Source: Gemmatimonadaceae bacterium
GTDB lineage: Bacteria > Gemmatimonadota > Gemmatimonadetes > Gemmatimonadales > Gemmatimonadaceae
NCBI GenBank assembly: GCA_051859245.1
Contig: JBHYGA010000001.1
Location: 1,341,722-1,405,721 of the forward strand
DNA length: 64,000 nt
Direction: 5' to 3'
Shown here in pieces: positions 19,736 through 29,574 of this stretch (position 1 is the first letter of the stretch; each line of letters opens with the position of its first letter). The notes beneath the pieces are model-generated. The model was given only the letters and a program-made list of their open reading frames with translations. It was not told the origin of the DNA and made no database searches. The translations under genes and the position numbers were made by a program.

Positions 19736-20203
19736 ATGGGTATGAGTCTCAGTTCGGGAGCGGTGAACTCCAATCCGAACGTCACGCCAATGATCGACGT
19801 GATGCTCGTGTTGCTGATCATCTTCATGATCACCATCCCGCAGCTTAACGCTGGCTTTACGGCCACGCCTCCACAGGGGCAGAACCTCAAGCCGCGTCCG
19901 GAAGAAGACAGCGACCAGGTGCTCGGTATCGACGCACAGGGTCAGTACTGGTTCAACAAAGCGCTCATCAAGAACGAAGATCTTGAGCAGATGACGCGCA
20001 ATGTTTTCACCGAAGATCGTGAAGACAAGATTCTCTATGTGAAGGCGCACAAGGACCTGTCGTATGACAAGGTGCTCAAGGCGCTGGACATCGTGGCCAT
20101 GGGTGGCGTCGCCGTCGCGGCTCTGATCACCGATCAGACACCGGGTACGGAATCGCTGGTCGAAGCCGACCGCCTCTTCCAGAAGTCACAGGGAGGCAAC
20201 TAG
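19736..20203 (+). CDS. exbD: ExbD/TolR family protein
   Basis: NVTPMIDVMLVLLIIFMIT. Confidence 0.92.
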   Translation: MGMSLSSGAVNSNPNVTPMIDVMLVLLIIFMITIPQLNAGFTATPPQGQNLKPRPEEDSDQVLGIDAQGQYWFNKALIKNEDLEQMTRNVFTEDREDKILYVKAHKDLSYDKVLKALDIVAMGGVAVAALITDQTPGTESLVEADRLFQKSQGGN

Positions 20204-20205
20204 CC

Positions 20206-20640
20206 ATGGGAATGAGCGCAGAAGGCGGCCAGGGCGGCGGCCACTCGAATGAGATCAACGTCACGCCCATGATCGACGTGTTGCTCGTGCTGCTGATCAT
20301 CTTCATGATGATCATCCCAATGAGCCGCAAAGCGATCGACGCCACGTTGCCCGATCCGAATCCGTCCGTGCAAACGGCCAATAGCGCGAACGATCAGATT
20401 GTATTGAGCGTTCTTGCCGACGGGAAGTTCAAGATCAATCAGGATCCGTACACGCGCGAAACACTTTTTGCAGGTTTGCGGTCGGTGTACGATCCGCGTC
20501 CTGACAAGATCATCTTCGTGAAGGGTGACTCCACGGTCACGTACGGAGACGTGGTGTTTGCGATGGACCAGGCGCGCGGTGCCGGCGTCAAGGTTATCGG
20601 CATCACGCCGGGACCCAAAGACGGCGCAGCAGCTCCCTGA
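20206..20640 (+). CDS. exbD: ExbD/TolR family protein, second copy
   Basis: EINVTPMIDVLLVLLIIFMM. Confidence 0.92.
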   Translation: MGMSAEGGQGGGHSNEINVTPMIDVLLVLLIIFMMIIPMSRKAIDATLPDPNPSVQTANSANDQIVLSVLADGKFKINQDPYTRETLFAGLRSVYDPRPDKIIFVKGDSTVTYGDVVFAMDQARGAGVKVIGITPGPKDGAAAP

Positions 20641-20770
20641 TACGTTCCCTGTGACGGCTCTCACGGCCATCACCGGTGTACCACGGCGGACGAACCCTAC
20701 GGGCGCGTCCGCCGTAGTACGTTCAGCGACTTTGCAGTGAGCGTTCGTTTCTCACCACTCACCGGTTCTC

Positions 20771-21661
20771 ATGTCAGCAGTTCCTCCGTCCTTCGATCCG
20801 ACTCGGCCGCACGCAGGCGACACGCCCGCGTCGGAGCGTGATCGACGCCGGTATCGCCCGCCCATCGGAATTCCGATCGCCAAGCAGCGCACGCTTGGTG
20901 GTGCCATTGTTTCAGTCTTGCTCCACGTGCTCGTGGTGCTCCTGCTGATCACTCCATTCCTCGGCCCAGACATCGTGGCTGAGATGATGGGTGCAGGCGG
21001 CCCAGGCCCGGCCGGCGGCGGTGGTGGTGGCCGTGGCGGCACGGGTGGTGGTCGCGTGGCCGTTGAGCGTGTGCAGTACGTGGTACCGCCGCCGCCACCC
21101 AAGGTGGAAACGGATCGCATTCAGCCACCGGAAGTCGTCAAGCCGCCCGAGGTGAAGCCGCCGGAAGTCAAGCCGCCGGAGGTCGTGCCACCGCCGGTTG
21201 AACCGGTTCCGGCGCCGTCTGTTCAGGCGTCCGATGTCAAGCTGCCGGATGCTTCCGACGCCTCCAAAACCGCCGGTACTGGTGGCGGGGCTGGCAATGA
21301 CGGCAGCACTGGCTCTGGACCGGGCTCCGGTGGCGGAATTGGCTCCGGCATCGGCACCGGTCGCGGAAGCGGTGTGGGCGCCGGAACCGGTGGCGGTAGT
21401 GGCCGAATATTTCCGCCTACGCCGAGCGAGCTGTTCATTCCGCCCATCCCGGTGCCGAAGAACGTGAAGGGCAAGACCATCACGATTGTCTTCGACGTCG
21501 ACTCCACCGGCCGCGTGATCGATTTTGAACTCACGCCCACGCGCGACGCGAACTACAATCGCAAGCTGCGCGAAATCCTCGGCGCGACACGATTCCGCCC
21601 CGCCACCGATGGCACAGGTCGGCCGGTGCGCGCCAAGTACAATCTCGACTACACCTTCTAG
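20771..21661 (+). CDS. TonB/TolA-like membrane-anchored protein with Gly- and Pro-rich linkers
   Basis: TM with SVLLH; VKPPE repeats; poly-Gly; C-terminal FDVDSTGRV...FRPATDGTGRPV. Confidence 0.7.
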   Translation: MSAVPPSFDPTRPHAGDTPASERDRRRYRPPIGIPIAKQRTLGGAIVSVLLHVLVVLLLITPFLGPDIVAEMMGAGGPGPAGGGGGGRGGTGGGRVAVERVQYVVPPPPPKVETDRIQPPEVVKPPEVKPPEVKPPEVVPPPVEPVPAPSVQASDVKLPDASDASKTAGTGGGAGNDGSTGSGPGSGGGIGSGIGTGRGSGVGAGTGGGSGRIFPPTPSELFIPPIPVPKNVKGKTITIVFDVDSTGRVIDFELTPTRDANYNRKLREILGATRFRPATDGTGRPVRAKYNLDYTF

Positions 21662-21694
21662 CGCGCTGTTACTCGCACGCCTCGGCGGCGAGAC

Positions 21695-22645
21695 TTACGC
21701 TTCGACGCCCATCAGCCGGCGTGCCCGACGCACGGCGCCACGCGCTGCGTCCACCTCATCGCCACGCACCACCGCACCCGGTACGGCCGTCTTGAGACGC
21801 TGTTCCACGCGCTTCCGCATGAGCGAGCCTTTGCCCAGCATGCCACCGGCACAGGCCACCGGAACCGCCGCCCGTTCATCGTTGAAGCAGCGGCGCGCGA
21901 GTGTCCGCACGTGGAGCACGAGCTCTTCCACGCCCAGGCTGAGCAGCGCGTTGGCTCGCAAATCACCTTGTGCCGCAACCTGAACAACCACCGGCGCCAA
22001 CGCCGCAAAGTCGGCCGGTGTGGCATCGGCCGCCCACGGAATCAGCGCGTCGAGTGATTCCACCTCGAGCGCGGTGAGCATCGCACCAACAAGCGCGGTC
22101 TCCGGCTCACGGCCATCGTGCGAGGCGGTGATCACGCTCATGGCACGTCGACCAATCCAGGCCCCGCTGCCTTCGTCTCCGAGCATGGGGCCCCAGCCGC
22201 CGCAGCGCTCGAGTCGGCCGTCTGGCGCGCGCGCGAACGCTACGGATCCCGTGCCCGACACCAGCAACACGCCGGCCGAATCGCCAAACGCATCATCAAG
22301 CGCGATTTCGGCGTCGGATACCACGTTCACGTCGTCAGCAAGGCGCATGGACGCCAGAGCCTGCCAGAGGGCCTGAGCGGCCCGCTCCTGACCGCCACCG
22401 GCCACGCCAACCACGCAGGTGGACGGACGGGTATCGGCTCGGTCAATGCTGGCCAGGGCGTCGTGTACGAGCGCGGCGATGATGTCGGCGGAGTTCCGTT
22501 CCTCGCCCGGGAGCAGGGCCGTGGCGGCGCCTTCTACGCGCGCCAGCGGACGACCGTCAAGATCCGCGAGCAGCACCCGCGTACGCGTTCCGCCGCCGTC
22601 TACGCCGACGATGAGGGGAGTTGGATCGAGAGGACCGGCACTCAT
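21695..22645 (-). CDS. BadF/BcrAD-family N-acetylglucosamine/N-acetylmuramate kinase (MurK-like)
   Basis: GVDGGGTRTR, SGTGS, GGWGPMLGDEGSG; ATG 22645 with AGGAG. Confidence 0.88.
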   Translation of the reverse strand: MSAGPLDPTPLIVGVDGGGTRTRVLLADLDGRPLARVEGAATALLPGEERNSADIIAALVHDALASIDRADTRPSTCVVGVAGGGQERAAQALWQALASMRLADDVNVVSDAEIALDDAFGDSAGVLLVSGTGSVAFARAPDGRLERCGGWGPMLGDEGSGAWIGRRAMSVITASHDGREPETALVGAMLTALEVESLDALIPWAADATPADFAALAPVVVQVAAQGDLRANALLSLGVEELVLHVRTLARRCFNDERAAVPVACAGGMLGKGSLMRKRVEQRLKTAVPGAVVRGDEVDAARGAVRRARRLMGVEA

Positions 22646-22656
22646 GGGGAAGACTC

Positions 22657-24177
22657 CTAAGCAGAGGCATCGCCAGACACCGCCGGCGAGAATCGGGACG
22701 ACAACAGACCAGTGGCAAACGTAAGCGTTGTGCCAATGAGTACGAACCACGGCCAGGCGATTCCCCGCACCGGCTCGAGCGTCGGTGCGATGGACGGGAA
22801 CCAGTTGCTGAGCGGCGTCGCAAAGACCACCACGCTCATGATGCTGATGCCAACGGACATGCCGAGAATCGCGTCGCGTTGACGGGCACGCTGCACGCGC
22901 ATGCCAAGGAAAAACGCGCCGAGCAATCCGCCGTAGGTAAACGAGGCGATCGACAAGGCGATCGTCACCACCGGTGTGCCTTCATTGCGATAGAGCAGGG
23001 CTCCGCCAACAAGCACCGCCGCCCAGAACAGCGTGAAGCGTTTACTCGTGAGCAACAACGCTGCATCATCGGGTTTGCGCTTGGTGAGCGGCAGGTACAG
23101 ATCGTGTACCGACGCCGCGGCGAGCGAGTTGATCGAACTTGAAATGGTGCTCATGGCCGCGGCAAGCACGGCCGCAATGACCACGCCGGTGAGACCAGGC
23201 GGCATGGCTTCAACAATGAAACGCGGAAAGATCGCGTCGGGTCGGGGAAACGTTTCGCCCTTGTAAAACGCGAACAGACCAACGCCAATAATGAGGAACA
23301 TCGCGAACTGCGCAAATACCACGAAGCCACTACCGATCAACGCACGCTGTGCCAGTTTGAGATTGCCCGACGCAAACAACCGCTGCACCATCATCTGGTC
23401 CACACCGTGTGAGGCCATCGACAAAAATGCGCCACCAATAAGTCCGGCCCAGAGCGTGTGCGGACGATCAAAGCCGGTGTACAGGTCGAACATCTTCAGC
23501 TGGTCACGTGCCGACGCGTCGGAGAGAATCTGCGTCCATCCGCCGACCACGTCGTTGCCAACAATCATGAGTGCGGCGATTCCGCCGCCCATGTACACAC
23601 CGATCTGCAGCACGTCCGTCCAGATCACGGCCTTCATGCCGCCGTGGTACGTGTAGACCACGGTGCACGCGCCGAGAATCAGAATGGATGCCGGTCCGAC
23701 ATACTGCGCGGGCACGAGCGGACCAATCAGCAACGCCACGGGAATGGCCGTGGCAAACAGGCGCACCGAATCACCGAAGATACGTGTGACCATGAACGTG
23801 ATCGATGCAAACCGACGTGTGCTTGAACCGAATCGCTTTTCGAGTAGCGCGTACGCCGTGACCAGTTCGCCTTCGTAGTATTTGGGCAGCAACACGAACG
23901 CCACGATCACGCGTCCGACCATGTAACCCATCGCAACCTGCAGGAACCCGAGGTTGCCGATGTACGCGAGGCCGGGAATGGAAATGAAGGTCAGTGCGCT
24001 TGTTTCTGTGGCGACCACTGAAAAGAGCACGGCCCACCACGGAACGGAGTCGTTGGCCACAAAGTACGATCGCGCACTCTGCTCACCGCGGCCGAGCCAG
24101 ACACCAAGCCACGTGGTGCCGGCGAGGTACAGAACAACAATGATTCCGTCGAGCAGCGTAAAGCCAGAAGCGCTCAT
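22657..24177 (-). CDS. Sodium:solute symporter (SSS) family transporter, probably for an amino sugar
   Basis: About 13 TM helices; SVVATETSALTF, GGMKAVIWTD, AAAMSTISSSINS. Confidence 0.9.
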   Translation of the reverse strand: MSASGFTLLDGIIVVLYLAGTTWLGVWLGRGEQSARSYFVANDSVPWWAVLFSVVATETSALTFISIPGLAYIGNLGFLQVAMGYMVGRVIVAFVLLPKYYEGELVTAYALLEKRFGSSTRRFASITFMVTRIFGDSVRLFATAIPVALLIGPLVPAQYVGPASILILGACTVVYTYHGGMKAVIWTDVLQIGVYMGGGIAALMIVGNDVVGGWTQILSDASARDQLKMFDLYTGFDRPHTLWAGLIGGAFLSMASHGVDQMMVQRLFASGNLKLAQRALIGSGFVVFAQFAMFLIIGVGLFAFYKGETFPRPDAIFPRFIVEAMPPGLTGVVIAAVLAAAMSTISSSINSLAAASVHDLYLPLTKRKPDDAALLLTSKRFTLFWAAVLVGGALLYRNEGTPVVTIALSIASFTYGGLLGAFFLGMRVQRARQRDAILGMSVGISIMSVVVFATPLSNWFPSIAPTLEPVRGIAWPWFVLIGTTLTFATGLLSSRFSPAVSGDASA

Positions 24178-24306
24178 GTGGCGTGCATGGTAGGTGCCGG
24201 GGAGGCGCGCACGCGTGAGCAGGCGCGAGTGGCAGGTGGGCTGTTTACGACGGACGGCTCCGTCGCCATCGGAGGAGAATAGCGCACGGTCACCGCGAAG
24301 AGCAGA

Positions 24307-24341
24307 GAAGGCCCGCGATCCAGTGCGGATCGCGGGCCTTC
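24307..24341 (-). terminator. Perfect 15-bp hairpin after the Fe-S carrier gene
   Basis: GAAGGCCCGCGATCC-agtgc-GGATCGCGGGCCTTC; weak U-tract. Confidence 0.6.
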
Positions 24342-24384
24342 ATCATGTTTCCCGCGCGGGCGCCTGATCGGCGCCCAGTTGATT

Positions 24385-24741
24385 TTACGCCGAGAACGAA
24401 CTGCCGCAGCCGCAGCCGCCGGTGGAGTTCGGGTTCTTGAACGTGAAGCCGGAACCCTGCATGGACGTGACGTAGTCAATCGTGGTGCCCCCCAGATACT
24501 GCGCCGAGAAGGGATCCACAAACACCTTGAACGAGCCGTGATCCAGCACGAGATCGTCTTCCGCGCCCTTGTCTTCGATCACAAGGCCGTATTTGAAGCC
24601 GCTGCACCCGCCGGGCATCACCGACACGCGAAGTCCACCGAGATCGGCGGTAACGCCTTCGGCTTCCATGAACTTCTGCACCTCGGTCACAGCCGCATCG
24701 GTAATCGTGACTAACAGGTCGGGCTGCTGCATCGTGCTCAT
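24385..24741 (-). CDS. A-type Fe-S carrier (HesB/IscA/ErpA family)
   Basis: GGCSGFKY and CGCGSSF motifs. Confidence 0.95.
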   Translation of the reverse strand: MSTMQQPDLLVTITDAAVTEVQKFMEAEGVTADLGGLRVSVMPGGCSGFKYGLVIEDKGAEDDLVLDHGSFKVFVDPFSAQYLGGTTIDYVTSMQGSGFTFKNPNSTGGCGCGSSFSA

Positions 24742-24860
24742 CTGCTCTCTCCGAGACCGGCCCAGGGGGCCCGTGCATGGGTTGCTTCACCGTGGTCGCG
24801 CATCGCCGCGCGGCCGGGTCAAATACCTACCTATCTGAATACTAATCAATCCCTACTGCT

Positions 24861-26138
24861 CTACTCAAGATTCCCCTTGCTCGTTCCAACCGGCACCGCG
24901 GTAACGGCGATCGCGCCGACCACCGCATCAGCGAGCGCTGTTCGCACCCGGGCGATGCCCTGACGCTGCCGGGTGGGGTTCACGCGGTTCGTCAGCAGTA
25001 ACACGAACAAGTCCTGCGCCGGGTCAATCCAGAGCGATGTGCCAGTGAATCCGGTGTGACCAAACGCCGCGGTACTAAGGCGCGATCCGGCCGAGTTGCT
25101 GCCATTCGGGGTTTCCCAACCAAGCGCGCGATGCGAACCGGCCAAGGTTTGGCGTGCGGTGAACGCACGAAGCGTGGCCGCGTCGATGACGGCTGAGCTG
25201 TCGGCCACGGCGTTGCCATTGCCGCCGTTCGAGCTCGCGGCGGGAATCGACCAACCGCTGCGCAACAGTGTTTGCGCAAAGCGCGTCAGATCACGCGCCG
25301 TTGAAAACAAGCCGGCGTGGCCCGACACGGCACCAAGCTGAAACGCGTTCTCGTCGTGTACTTCGCCGCGCAAATGGCGCTGCCGCCACGGATCAACTTC
25401 CGTTGGCGCGGTGCGTGATTGCCATAGCGCAGACGGAAGAAATCGCGTTTCGCGCATGCCCATGGGAAGAAACACGCGATTCATGACATAACTGTCGAGC
25501 GGAAGGCCCGACACTTCGCGCACCATTTCCCCGAGCAGAATGAACCCGAGGTCGCTGTACACATACCGGGCGCCGGGTGTGGTGTCGGGACTCGTAGCAT
25601 ACACCTGCGCCATCGCCTCCTCGGCGCTCCACGCTTCTTTGTACAGCGGACGCCACGCCGGTAATCCAGCGCTGTGTGTGAGCAAGTGTCGCACCGTGAT
25701 GGATTCGGTGCGCGGCGCTTTCCAACGCGGCAAGTAGCGCGACGCCGGCGCATCGAGCTCAACACGCTTGTCCGCCACCAACTGCATGATCGATGATGTT
25801 GTACCAATCACTTTCGTGAGCGACGCGAGATCCCACACACTTGAATCGGTGACCGCACTGGCGGCATTGGGCAGCGGCGCGGAATCAAGCGACCCCACAC
25901 CAAACGATGCGTATACACCGCGTGCGTTGCCGATTACCGCGTAGGCCGCAGGAAACGCCGAATCGGCCAGCCCGCGCGTGAGCACGGCGCGCACTGAATC
26001 GCGGATCGCCTGTTGTCGCCATTCAGCGAGCATGGCGTGGCGCGACGGGTCGTTTGCTGAACGCGTCGTTCCGGTTCGGCATGCGCCAAGCACCGCCAGG
26101 GAGAGCAGTGCACACGCGCTCAGTCGTTGCGGCACCAT
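24861..26138 (-). CDS. Beta-lactamase-related serine hydrolase lipoprotein (AmiE/esterase-like)
   Basis: Lipobox LGAC; SLTK, YSD, GHTGFTG, GEVHDENA. Confidence 0.88.
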   Translation of the reverse strand: MVPQRLSACALLSLAVLGACRTGTTRSANDPSRHAMLAEWRQQAIRDSVRAVLTRGLADSAFPAAYAVIGNARGVYASFGVGSLDSAPLPNAASAVTDSSVWDLASLTKVIGTTSSIMQLVADKRVELDAPASRYLPRWKAPRTESITVRHLLTHSAGLPAWRPLYKEAWSAEEAMAQVYATSPDTTPGARYVYSDLGFILLGEMVREVSGLPLDSYVMNRVFLPMGMRETRFLPSALWQSRTAPTEVDPWRQRHLRGEVHDENAFQLGAVSGHAGLFSTARDLTRFAQTLLRSGWSIPAASSNGGNGNAVADSSAVIDAATLRAFTARQTLAGSHRALGWETPNGSNSAGSRLSTAAFGHTGFTGTSLWIDPAQDLFVLLLTNRVNPTRQRQGIARVRTALADAVVGAIAVTAVPVGTSKGNLE

Positions 26139-26140
26139 GC

Positions 26141-28033
26141 TCAGTTGTTTCCCGTAATCGTGGCCGCGCGTGACACGCCGTCACCTGCGCGGAAGAACCC
26201 GGGCAGTGAGACAGGCAGCCTGCCGGCAATCGGAGCGTGCCCCGTAACGGCGCGCGCCGCCGCAATCTCCAGTGCGTCACCGCGACCGTACGTCATGAGA
26301 TAAGCCGGTGCCGATGGAAACTGCTTGATGACATACGGGTTGCCGCCGGCGACCACAATCGCGGGGGTGGTCGTGCTCAACGTTTCGATCAGGGCGGCTA
26401 CGCGCGGTGCAATGGCAAACCGACCTGCGCCCTCCAGTGTGCGCGTATACGTGTAGACAACCACGCGTTCCATTGTGCGCGCCATCGCCGCGATTGAATC
26501 GAGTTCAGCCGCGCCGGTGCGTGGTGTCACGCGCATGGTGCGCGTGCCGGGAACAAGGCGTGTGAGCGTGGAGCCAAACATCGTGCCCGCGCCTACGTCG
26601 TTGTCGGGAGCGTACACCACGAGCAAGGTGCGTGCGGATCGTGGCAGCGGTAGCAGGTTGCGATCATCGCGCAGCAGCGTAATACCGCGCGCCGCGATTT
26701 CGCGTGCTGCTTCGGCGTGCTCGGGATGGCCGACCACTTCGCGCAGCGCATCGAGCGATACCACCGGTCGTGCAACGGCGCCGGTGCGCAGCTTGAGTTC
26801 GAGAATGCGGCGCACACTCGCGTCGATCTGTTCACGATTCAGAGCGCCAGATTCCACGGCGCGTACCACCGCGTTGATCGCTTCTTCGGCGTTGCCAGGC
26901 ATGAGCAGAATGTCGTCGCCCGCGCGCACGGCGCGCACCGCACTTTCGGCCACGCCGTAGCCGCGCGCGATGCCGTCCATGGTGAGTGCGTCGGTCACGG
27001 TTACTCCACGAAAGCCAAGGGTGTCGCGCAGCAGACCCGTCATCACATCACGACGCAGCGTGGCCGGCACCGAATCGCCGTAGACAGCGGGCAGCGCAAT
27101 GTGCGCGGTCATGACACTGGCCGCACCCGCCGCAATGCCGGCGCGGAACGGCACCAGTTCGATCGCGTCGAGCCGTGTGCGCGGCACAGAAATCACCGGC
27201 AGTCCGAGATGTGAATCCACATCCGTGTCGCCGTGTCCCGGAAAATGCTTGAGCGTTGCCGCAGCGCCACCGGATTGCACACCGCGCACGAACGCGGCGG
27301 AAAGTCGTGCGACCGCCGACGGGTTTTCACCAAACGAACGCGTGTTGATGACCGGATTGGACGGATTGTTGTTCACATCAACCGTTGGCGCAAACGCCAG
27401 ATGAATACCGATCGCGCGCGCTTCACGCCCGGTAATTCGGCCTGCCATCTCCGCATCAGCTTCGCGGCCACCGGCGCCGATCGCCATGTTGCTCGGTAGC
27501 ACCGTAGCAGAACCCGCACTCATGAGCGATGGCGCAAACACACCACCTTCAAGCCGACCAAGCCCCGGCTCCACATCCGATGCCACCAGCAAAGGGACCC
27601 GCGCGCGTCCTTGCAGGTAATTCACTTTGGACGCGACTTCGATTGGCGAACCGAGCGACATCACCACACCACCCACGCCGAGTTCTGTGACTTGGTTGGT
27701 GATACTGGCAAACCCAGTGTCGTAGGCGCCGGCGTAATCTCCCAGCACCCAGATCATGACCATTTGTGCAACACGTTCGCGAAGTGTGAGCGACGCGAGG
27801 GTAGATTCAATCCAGGCGCGATGTTGCGCCGGCAAGGGGTCGCCGGGGGCAAGCGTGAGCGGCCCGGGTAGCGTGCTGGGAATCGGCTGCGCGGCGCCGG
27901 GTAGGCCCGTGGCACGCGGAGCGCAGGACGCCAGGGCCAGCAAGAGCAGTGGCAGTGCGTGTCGGCGGCGAATGCCGCGGACTAAGCGAAGAACACCGAA
28001 CGGCGAAGCGAGGACAGCGTGCGTCTGACGCAT
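26141..28033 (-). CDS. nagZ: GH3 beta-N-acetylglucosaminidase lipoprotein (two-domain NagZ); start uncertain
   Basis: KHFPGHGDTDVDSH signature; TDALTM; lipobox LASC. Confidence 0.88.
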   Translation of the reverse strand: MRQTHAVLASPFGVLRLVRGIRRRHALPLLLLALASCAPRATGLPGAAQPIPSTLPGPLTLAPGDPLPAQHRAWIESTLASLTLRERVAQMVMIWVLGDYAGAYDTGFASITNQVTELGVGGVVMSLGSPIEVASKVNYLQGRARVPLLVASDVEPGLGRLEGGVFAPSLMSAGSATVLPSNMAIGAGGREADAEMAGRITGREARAIGIHLAFAPTVDVNNNPSNPVINTRSFGENPSAVARLSAAFVRGVQSGGAAATLKHFPGHGDTDVDSHLGLPVISVPRTRLDAIELVPFRAGIAAGAASVMTAHIALPAVYGDSVPATLRRDVMTGLLRDTLGFRGVTVTDALTMDGIARGYGVAESAVRAVRAGDDILLMPGNAEEAINAVVRAVESGALNREQIDASVRRILELKLRTGAVARPVVSLDALREVVGHPEHAEAAREIAARGITLLRDDRNLLPLPRSARTLLVVYAPDNDVGAGTMFGSTLTRLVPGTRTMRVTPRTGAAELDSIAAMARTMERVVVYTYTRTLEGAGRFAIAPRVAALIETLSTTTPAIVVAGGNPYVIKQFPSAPAYLMTYGRGDALEIAAARAVTGHAPIAGRLPVSLPGFFRAGDGVSRAATITGNN

Positions 28034-28054
28034 TGGCGGGGACAGAGAAAGGCC

Positions 28055-29422
28055 ATGGCGGAGCAACACCCTGAGCGGCGCGCACCCGGTACGGGGGATA
28101 ATACCCTGCGCCTGCGTCATCTGCTCCTGCTCGGTACGGTTGCGTTGAGCGCGATCGCGTGCGCATCAGGTCCGAGGCCTGGACCCAATGATGATCCCAA
28201 TGATCCCCGCTTTGCGCGCGCCGAAAAAGTGCGTCCGGGCATTTCGGTGTTGCTGTCGGACAGCATTCACCTGATCAAGGACAAACGCGTCGGCTTGATC
28301 ACCAACCAGACGGGCATCGACGAAAAAGGGCGCAGCACCGTTGACTTGCTGTTCTCAGACGAGCGCGCGACCAAAGCGAACGTGAAGCTGGTGGCGCTCT
28401 TTTCGCCTGAGCACGGCATTCGCGGCACGGAAGACCGCTCGAACCTTCCGAATGAGCTCGACCCCAAAACCGGGTTGATGATCTATTCGCTCTATCAGCG
28501 TTCCACGATGGGCCCGCCAGACAGCACGCTCCGTAATGTGGACGCGCTGGTTGTTGATCTGCAGGATATCGGCACGCGCACGTGGACGTACGTCGGCGTG
28601 GTGTTGTACGCCATGCAGGCGGCCGAACGCCGCGGTATCCCGGTGCTTGTGCTCGATCGTCCCAATCCACTCACCGGACTGGGGGCCGAAGGCGCGTTGC
28701 TTGATTCTGCCCTCGCCGACGCGCGCGAGAGCACGCTGGAGACTCCGAAAAACGGTTTCGCGCTCTGGCCCGTCCCGCTTCGTCACGGCCTGACGATGGG
28801 CGAACTGGCGCTCATGTTCCACCGTGAGCTCAAGATGACCGGGCGATTGCACGTGGTGCCGATGGCCGGATGGCGCCGTAACATGTGGTTCGACCAAACA
28901 GACCTGCCGTGGGTGAAGCCGTCACCGAACCTGCCCAATCTGACGGCCTCGCTGGTGTATCCGGCGCTTGTGCCGTTCGAGGCGACCAACGTGTCTGTGG
29001 GGCGCGGTACGGACGAGCCGTTTCAGCGAGTCGGCGCGCCGTGGTTCAAGTCAGACAGTGTCAAGAAGCTGCTCGACGCGCTCGAGCTGGCGGGCGTGAA
29101 GTTCGACACCGAGCGATTCACGCCGCGTAGCCCCGGCGACCGAAAGTATGATGGACAGTCGATTCCGGGGGTCCGCATCAGCGTGACCGATCGGGATCGC
29201 GTGCAGGTCTCGCGGCTTGGCGCCGCGGTGCTCTGGGCTATCGCCAAGGCGCACGGGCCTGACTTCACGTACACCGAACGTCGCATCGACGAACGACTTG
29301 GCTCGACGGCCGTGCGCGCCGCGCTCGTGTCCGGTGATGACCCGGACCGGGTAATCGACCGATTGCTGCAGTCGGTGGTGGAGTGGGAGCAGTCGGTGCG
29401 TCGCTATCATCTGTATCGGTAG
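28055..29422 (+). CDS. namZ: Exo-beta-N-acetylmuramidase NamZ (DUF1343/GH171) lipoprotein
   Basis: ITNQTG, FSPEHGIRG, DLQDIGTR, LDRPNP, RHGLTMGEL, PSPNLP, SVGRGT. Confidence 0.92.
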   Translation: MAEQHPERRAPGTGDNTLRLRHLLLLGTVALSAIACASGPRPGPNDDPNDPRFARAEKVRPGISVLLSDSIHLIKDKRVGLITNQTGIDEKGRSTVDLLFSDERATKANVKLVALFSPEHGIRGTEDRSNLPNELDPKTGLMIYSLYQRSTMGPPDSTLRNVDALVVDLQDIGTRTWTYVGVVLYAMQAAERRGIPVLVLDRPNPLTGLGAEGALLDSALADARESTLETPKNGFALWPVPLRHGLTMGELALMFHRELKMTGRLHVVPMAGWRRNMWFDQTDLPWVKPSPNLPNLTASLVYPALVPFEATNVSVGRGTDEPFQRVGAPWFKSDSVKKLLDALELAGVKFDTERFTPRSPGDRKYDGQSIPGVRISVTDRDRVQVSRLGAAVLWAIAKAHGPDFTYTERRIDERLGSTAVRAALVSGDDPDRVIDRLLQSVVEWEQSVRRYHLYR

Positions 29423-29574
29423 CTCTCTACCGTTGACGCGACCGGGCTCCTAGCTTTGTCACGATCGTGTTGCGGTAGGCGACTGCGTTTAATGTCCGCC
29501 AACGGCACGATGTGTGTGCGCTCTCCAGAACGGAGGGCGCACCGCGCTGCTGTCTCACTTCGCGCCCGATCGGC

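Noticed and set aside
24861..26138. Beta-lactam resistance gene
   Set aside because: YSD and HTG motifs and nagZ/namZ context fit a cell-wall salvage hydrolase better.
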